Shown: one piece after another, positions 54,391-59,984 of the stretch
How the letters are laid out: each line of letters starts with the position of its first letter
How positions within the stretch are numbered: the stretch's first letter is position 1
DNA from: Tortispora ganteri
Taxonomy: Eukaryota
Direction of reading: 5' to 3'
Assembly (NCBI GenBank): GCA_003707115.1
Contig: PPNB01000036.1
Location: forward strand, 1-59,984
DNA length: 59,984 nucleotides
Position numbers and translations under genes: made by a program
The notes under the pieces: generated by a model
Told to the model about the DNA's origin: nothing
The model's input: only the letters and a program-made list of their open reading frames with translations
Databases searched by the model: none

Positions 54391-55170
54391 ATGGCTCGAG
54401 GACCAAGAAAACACCTCAAGCGCCTTGCAGCGCCCTCTCACTGGATGTTGGATAAGCTATCCGGTACTTATGCACCCCGCCCATCTCCTGGACCCCATAA
54501 ACTACGTGAATGTCTTCCATTAGTTGTCTTTTTGCGCAACCGTCTAAAATACGCACTGAACGGCCGCGAAGTCAAGGCTATTGTTATGCAACGTTTAGTC
54601 AAAGTTGACGGAAAAGTACGTACAGATCCTACTTTCCCTGCTGGATTTATGGACGTCATTACTTTGGAGAAGACCGGAGAAAACTTCCGTCTTGTCTACG
54701 ATGTCAAAGGTCGATTCACTATCCACCGTATCACTGACGAGGAAGCTAAATACAAGCTCGGAAAAGTTAAGCGTGTTCAGCTCGGAAAGAAAGGAATCCC
54801 CTATCTTGTTACTCATGATGGTCGCACTATTCGCTACCCCGATCCTTTGATCAAAGTCAACGACACCGTTCGCATCGATGTCGAAACTGGAAAGATTTTG
54901 GACTTTGTTAAATTCGAGACCGGAAACGTTGTCATGATCACCGCTGGTCACAGTATGGGTCGCGTTGGTGTTATTACTCATCACGATCGTCATGATGGAG
55001 GTTTCGACATTATTCATGTTAAGGACAGCCTTGGAAACTCTTTCGCTACTCGTCAATCTAACGTGTTCGTTATTGGTGAAGGCTCTAATCCATGGATCTC
55101 TCTTCCTAAAGGCAAGGGTATCAAGCTCTCTATCACTGAGGAGCGTGACCAACGTCGTGCCCAGGCCTAG
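54391..55170 (+). CDS. RPS4: 40S ribosomal protein eS4, intronless
   Basis: [23 protein letters not shown]..; strong codon bias. Confidence 0.98.
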   Translation: MARGPRKHLKRLAAPSHWMLDKLSGTYAPRPSPGPHKLRECLPLVVFLRNRLKYALNGREVKAIVMQRLVKVDGKVRTDPTFPAGFMDVITLEKTGENFRLVYDVKGRFTIHRITDEEAKYKLGKVKRVQLGKKGIPYLVTHDGRTIRYPDPLIKVNDTVRIDVETGKILDFVKFETGNVVMITAGHSMGRVGVITHHDRHDGGFDIIHVKDSLGNSFATRQSNVFVIGEGSNPWISLPKGKGIKLSITEERDQRRAQA

Positions 55171-55439
55171 TTATGTTAGGACGTAAGATGCTATGTTGAT
55201 GATAGTATATATTTACCGTATATATGTAGTGACGCGAATATAATTAGGTTAGGAAAAGCGCTTTATTGCATGTTCACTATCTCAAATCATGCTTAAGATA
55301 TGCCGACACGCGGTTCGGAATACGGTCCAGTCCGTTTCTATCTACTATTTAATACGTTTGCTAGTGAGTATTATGTACTTCGCACAGTAACAGATATACT
55401 AGTATACGATTATATATTTATATCTAACAAACAAACCAA

Positions 55440-56027
55440 TCAAGCATTGGCCTTGGAGAAATATTCCTTGGAAGCAGCAGGATCAGCTTTTATAGTCAAG
55501 TCACCTTCGTGCCAATTTGCAGGGCATACTTCACCGTACTTCTCAGTGAATTGGAAAGCGTCAACGAGACGAAGCGACTCGGGAACAGATCGGCCAACAG
55601 GGAGATCGTTGACAGTAACCTGTCTGAGAATTCCCTTGGGATCGATAAGAAAGATTCCACGTAGAGCAACACCTTCTTCAGGTAGAAGCACATCGTAGTC
55701 CTTGCTAAGACTCATGTTGCGATCTGCAAGAAGAGGAATGTTGATGGGGCCAAGGCCACCATCCTTGCGGGCAACGTTGGTCCAAGCCAAAAGAGAATAT
55801 TCTGAATCAGTGGAAGCAAAAAGAACTTCGCAGTCACGCTTCTTGAACTCTTCTATAGCCTCAGAATAAGCAATAATCTCGGTGGGGCAAACAAAGGTGA
55901 AAGCCATTGGAATGAAAGCAAGGAGAACCCATTTTCCCTTATACTGCTCTAAAGAAATTTCTTCGAAAGTGCCGTTCACCACTGCAGTCTTGGTGAAAGT
56001 TGGTGCAGGCTGTTGAATTGCAGGCAT
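55440..56027 (-). CDS. TSA1: 2-Cys peroxiredoxin
   Basis: [34 protein letters not shown] at 56027. Confidence 0.95.
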   Translation of the reverse strand: MPAIQQPAPTFTKTAVVNGTFEEISLEQYKGKWVLLAFIPMAFTFVCPTEIIAYSEAIEEFKKRDCEVLFASTDSEYSLLAWTNVARKDGGLGPINIPLLADRNMSLSKDYDVLLPEEGVALRGIFLIDPKGILRQVTVNDLPVGRSVPESLRLVDAFQFTEKYGEVCPANWHEGDLTIKADPAASKEYFSKANA

Positions 56028-56112
56028 GATTGAATGACGAATTGATAGATCGATTAAGGGGCAAACTGTGTACAATTAATATCGTAAGCAAAGCTGACGG
56101 CTCCTGTTCACC

Positions 56113-56217
56113 TTATATATACTAAATATACCCGCAAAACTTGGTCGGCTGAACTTTAATTTCTGCATGCCTAATATTCCCGTATGTTACGTAAAGTTTG
56201 CAGGTTCCGGAACCTTC
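56113..56217 (-). promoter_or_regulatory. TSA1 promoter: TATA, Yap-type TTACGTAA (56187-56194), perfect heat-shock element TTCcgGAAccTTC (56205-56217)
   Basis: Consensus matches 85-190 nt upstream of the ATG. Confidence 0.65.
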
Positions 56218-56585
56218 TATCTAGGTTCTATCCTTATCGAACCACATTCTCTACCGCAAGCAACTAGTGGCGCCTGTTCGCAGGTATATAAACTGATTTT
56301 TGATAAATTTGCAATGAACTGAAATGCCTTATAGGGTGTCTAATATCGACTATCCTGTCAGTGAAAATTTCAAAGGTCTATGACACCACCCGTAGGATCG
56401 AAGTCAATATGTTTAAAGTTATCATCTTTACGATTAAATAAGCATTGGTCGCCTGCCGTTTTGTTCGCTACGTGCAAGTGTTACGTACATGACTTCAATT
56501 AACAGCAGTAATAAGTGATTAAATATATATTATAGGTAACCGGGACTGGTTTTGAGCGATTCAATGTGATTTTACGTTTAGTTTT

Positions 56586-58232
56586 CTACAAAGAAAACTC
56601 CTCGAGCCATGTGAACGCTTCGGGGCGGTTATCGGAAGGATCGACTGTTGAATCACGAGAAGATGCACGTCTAGGACTAATGTGCTTCTCCTTTAAAGGT
56701 GTGTAAACGGCTTTAGCGGCCTTCTTGCACTCCGGAGTCACAGGGGCATTGTACTTGTCAAAGTTATCCCAGTCGATCCCTTTAAAGAACGAATGTCTCT
56801 TGATTTCGAATGCATCATCCTTGACAACCGTATACGCAGGCGCTTGCCTATAGCTGTTGACAAGTGCATCCACAAAAAAGCCTTGTTCAGATGTGTATGC
56901 CCCGCATCCAAGTCTTTCCTTTCTACGCACCAAAAGGCGGCTCAAGAAATCAACTTCCACGTTAGACGATAACGGGAGAACTTTGAAGTCCCTTCGCTCA
57001 AGCACTTTCTCCGTTCTATACATGAGCATTTGCGCCTGTTGATCCTCTTTTTTTCGATGGAATCGAGGGTCATACACTGGATTGCGATTATACCTGATCA
57101 AATACAAACACATTCCAACAGACCAGTAATCAGATCGGCCGTCATAGTAGTCTCCCGACAATGCCTCAGGGCTTTCGTACCCGATAGTGCCTAATCTGCC
57201 TTTAACTGGTATACTAAATTCAGTGCTCTGACTCGCCCTAATTTCTCCGTCAGGAGAACAATCCACATGGGACACACCAAAATCAGCAATTTTAATATGT
57301 CCTGAACGATCAACAAGGAAGTTCTCTAGTTTGATGTCACGATGCAGGATGCTAAGATTGTGCAATTCTTCAACAGCTAGAATCATACCACATGCATAAA
57401 AACGAAGCATGTCTTCAGTAACTTGGTTGTGCACTATAAGATCTCCAAGTAAGTCGATTATATTTCCCCCGTCACAAAAATCCAGTACAAATAACATAGA
57501 AAAGTCAGTGCGAAAACAGGCATGCATACGTACTGAATAGGCACTGTTATTCTTTTTCAACTGTATTAGTACTTTCTTTTCACATTCGACTGCCTTCAAT
57601 TGAGAGGGTCTATGCAATACTGACTTTCTGACACTTTTTATAGCGCATAGATTACCCGAAGGAAGATATTTAGCCAAAACAACTTTTCCAAATCCGCCTT
57701 CTCCTAGGTCTGCTCCATAGTAAAAATGAGCAAGCGATAGTCGGCATAGAGGGCTACGATTAGGAAGAACGGAGGTCTTCCCAATATTATTCGGAAAAAA
57801 TGACTTGTTTTCAGCTTCTGTAAATTTTGGAGAGACTCCCGAATCAGAAGTGAAAGGCGTATTATCAGTACTGTTGAGCATTTTATCCCATGAAGAGCCT
57901 TCAGAAGGATCGGAACCAGCATGGTAGGCTGGAGGAGAAAAATCACCGAATTCTTCCTCTTTTTTGCAATCTTTTTTGAGAGAAACGTTTGTATTATCGA
58001 CATGATAAGTGAGGAAAGGCAGGGCTCGAGAAAGAAATTGCTCACATTTAGACATAGGAGGGAGAGCATAACAAGATGCACCATTTGAGTCGCAGTTCAC
58101 GCTACCGGTGACATTAATACCATGTAGTTTAGCTGCGTTTAAAGTAGACCTTTCTCTGTAAGAGGACATGAACTGTGGATCTTTATGACTATGTAAAAAC
58201 TGAACCTGAGAGCTTTTCGAAGAAAAAGCCAT
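56586..58232 (-). CDS. Divergent AGC-group Ser/Thr protein kinase
   Basis: GEGGFGKV, AIK, HRDIKLEN, DFG, GTIGYESPE, DYWSVG, AGC tail EIKRHSFFKGIDWD..AP.TP. Confidence 0.85.
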   Translation of the reverse strand: MAFSSKSSQVQFLHSHKDPQFMSSYRERSTLNAAKLHGINVTGSVNCDSNGASCYALPPMSKCEQFLSRALPFLTYHVDNTNVSLKKDCKKEEEFGDFSPPAYHAGSDPSEGSSWDKMLNSTDNTPFTSDSGVSPKFTEAENKSFFPNNIGKTSVLPNRSPLCRLSLAHFYYGADLGEGGFGKVVLAKYLPSGNLCAIKSVRKSVLHRPSQLKAVECEKKVLIQLKKNNSAYSVRMHACFRTDFSMLFVLDFCDGGNIIDLLGDLIVHNQVTEDMLRFYACGMILAVEELHNLSILHRDIKLENFLVDRSGHIKIADFGVSHVDCSPDGEIRASQSTEFSIPVKGRLGTIGYESPEALSGDYYDGRSDYWSVGMCLYLIRYNRNPVYDPRFHRKKEDQQAQMLMYRTEKVLERRDFKVLPLSSNVEVDFLSRLLVRRKERLGCGAYTSEQGFFVDALVNSYRQAPAYTVVKDDAFEIKRHSFFKGIDWDNFDKYNAPVTPECKKAAKAVYTPLKEKHISPRRASSRDSTVDPSDNRPEAFTWLEEFSL

Positions 58233-58604
58233 GTATCAGATAAGAAAAGTGAAACAAAGAGTGAGCTATGCAAATTGAGAAGCAAGGAGACTATAAATGC
58301 AGGCAGCTAGATTTAAAGTCCCTATAACCAAAGAGTTGAAAATACGAAGAGAACAAAAACTTGAAGCTGAGCTTGAAAGAGCAAAAACCTCCCGTGGATC
58401 AACAGGGCTAGTAGGTGCAAGATTCAATATAGGTGTATCACAGCACTTGGAGATAGTGTAAGTAATAAGTAAAAGAAACTGAATCAAATAAAATGAAGAA
58501 GTGCGCAGAGGCAAGAGGGGTTTAATAGCATCCAAAGTTGAGTGATATGCGCTTATACCAAGACCATGAGGTAAAGTAATGGTACGGGTTATTGAATCCG
58601 GCCA

Positions 58605-58965
58605 CAGCTCAAAAATAGCAAGAATTCAGGGCACACTTAGTGCTGGATTTTTCTCTAGAAAGTAAAAGCTAAACAAGGAAACCCTTGTTAGGATATAGAA
58701 GCCAATAACGTCGGATAATGGAGCAGTACGATCGGTCATCAACTACAAAAAGTAGTAGGGAATGAGTTAGCACTACTATAAGGTAGGTCAGGGTCCATAT
58801 TAGGGTCCGAGTGGTAAACTAAAAGGTCTTAGGCGAGTATATACTCGTTCAAGACCTCAAACCAAAGCTTTCTAAAAAATAGCCATCCGTAAGAAGCCCT
58901 GAGGTCTCGATGCAAAAAGTGCAAACGGTCCCCCAAATCGACCTAAAGGGGGCAAAACCTGCAAT
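58605..58965 (-). ncRNA. Putative structured non-coding RNA of unknown class
   Basis: At least five inverted repeats, one long-range helix and an Sm-like site within about 360 nt of ORF-free DNA. Confidence 0.3.
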
Positions 58966-59219
58966 TCCAACGACAGAAAGCAAAAGCATGTACAAAACTA
59001 TTATGCAATTATCACGATGAAATAATGATCATAGAGAAAGTTTGCTTAAAAAATATGTTTCGAATGATAGACAGAAAAGATTACCCAGTGATATGCTAGC
59101 AGAGTAGCACAGCCGCACTAGGTTTGGGTAGAATGTACGAGGCAAAATGCGCACGTAAGGAAAGTGTTTAAAATAGAAGTAAATTTTTCAATTAGACATT
59201 ATATAGATACATTCAATAT

Positions 59220-59807
59220 CTAAGACCTTAGTGCTCTCAATCTCTCACCGAGATTATCTTCCTCAACTTCAGTTGGTTCAACTTTGGAACTGGGTGCGCT
59301 TTGCATGTTCTGTTTCATCTCTAAACCAGCTTCGTCTGCGACGCTCTGCATCAACAGATCTACCTCATCCTGTGGCACCGATATAGCTGCTGCTTGTCCT
59401 GTAGCACCTTCATAGTAAGATGTAGAAACATCTAAATCTTCAAATTGGGTCTCAAACTTATCCATGATCTGAGAAATCACTTCTAAATTCATATTCTCCA
59501 TTGCTCGATCCATGCTTCTAACTACTTGTGCCATATTTTTGCTTAGAGTCTTCATAGTAACTGCAGTCTGAACTCTGCTAGCTACTGAATCAATCCTAGA
59601 TGAAAGCCTTAATAAATTCATACGCTCGGATTGTTTTCTTACTACGTTCTCTGCATATATTCTGGCGATGTCACTGTTACCTTCTTGGATTGCTTTCTTA
59701 ACTTTCTTCTTCTCGACCTCTATTTCCCTAGCGGTCTTCGATGATTGTGATTTCAGCTGCTTAGCTGTAAATTTCAGTTGGAATAACGAATTTTCTAATC
59801 CCGACAT
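59220..59807 (-). CDS. DID2: ESCRT-III accessory protein Did2 (CHMP1)
   Basis: [49 protein letters not shown]1 [10 protein letters not shown]. Confidence 0.96.
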   Translation of the reverse strand: MSGLENSLFQLKFTAKQLKSQSSKTAREIEVEKKKVKKAIQEGNSDIARIYAENVVRKQSERMNLLRLSSRIDSVASRVQTAVTMKTLSKNMAQVVRSMDRAMENMNLEVISQIMDKFETQFEDLDVSTSYYEGATGQAAAISVPQDEVDLLMQSVADEAGLEMKQNMQSAPSSKVEPTEVEEDNLGERLRALRS

Positions 59808-59863
59808 TGTGTCTATTTTCTGCCCGTGTGCGTTATCTACATCTTGCGAAGAACATCGGAAAG

Positions 59864-59871
59864 CCGGGTAA
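59864..59871. promoter_or_regulatory. Reb1-type site CCGGGTAA upstream of DID2
   Basis: Exact consensus about 60 nt upstream of the ATG. Confidence 0.45.
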
Positions 59872-59984
59872 TGATATCGAATTATTACGCATCCCACAAA
59901 GATCACTAATTTTATAGTTGCTTACAAGACTTTATTCTCTGTGTTTCAGATGTATGCAGAGATTCATTTTGCATCTCATTTTAA

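Noticed and set aside
58565..58672. U1-like (ATTACTTTACCT) and U5-like (GCTTTTAC) words on the minus strand
   Set aside because: Both deviate from the invariant ATACTTACCT and GCCTTTTAC sequences
1..59984. Transposons, CRISPR arrays, tRNAs, bacterial horizontal transfer
   Set aside because: No transposase/RT ORFs, LTRs, spacer arrays or tRNA signatures seen; recognisable proteins look fungal

Overview
Gene-dense, intron-poor budding-yeast (Saccharomycotina) chromosomal DNA read in the standard code. The compact spacing, dispersed 5S gene and complex I subunit suggest an early-diverging lineage such as Trichomonascaceae/Wickerhamiella-Starmerella; this is inference. About 34 protein genes are supported, mostly conserved housekeeping genes: CHS7, TES1-like, TRS31, PTC1, CCC1, PMU1, EXO1, SPE2, GLC8, MPM1, RAD9/crb2, POP7, EMC4, DLD1, RAD5-like, RPS1, NB4M, RTP1, SMX3, ORC6, ARP3, VPS11, NUD1, ALD, XRN1, SPC3, RPS4, TSA1 and DID2. 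Two genes (POP7, EMC4) are complete only after removing tiny introns that the ORF track misses. One solitary 5S rRNA gene is present. No mobile element, CRISPR array or clearly bacterial gene was seen. The best leads are: (1) a hairpin-rich non-coding segment at about 58600-58965 with a TTAGGG-containing 1.5-repeat motif, a long-range helix and an Sm-like site, a candidate telomerase or other structured RNA (hypothesis only); (2) a lone uORF in the SPE2 leader; (3) same-strand gene pairs only 24-25 nt apart; (4) divergent paralogs (Hap5-like, Rad5-like, an orphan AGC kinase). All homology calls are from recognised motifs, not database searches.
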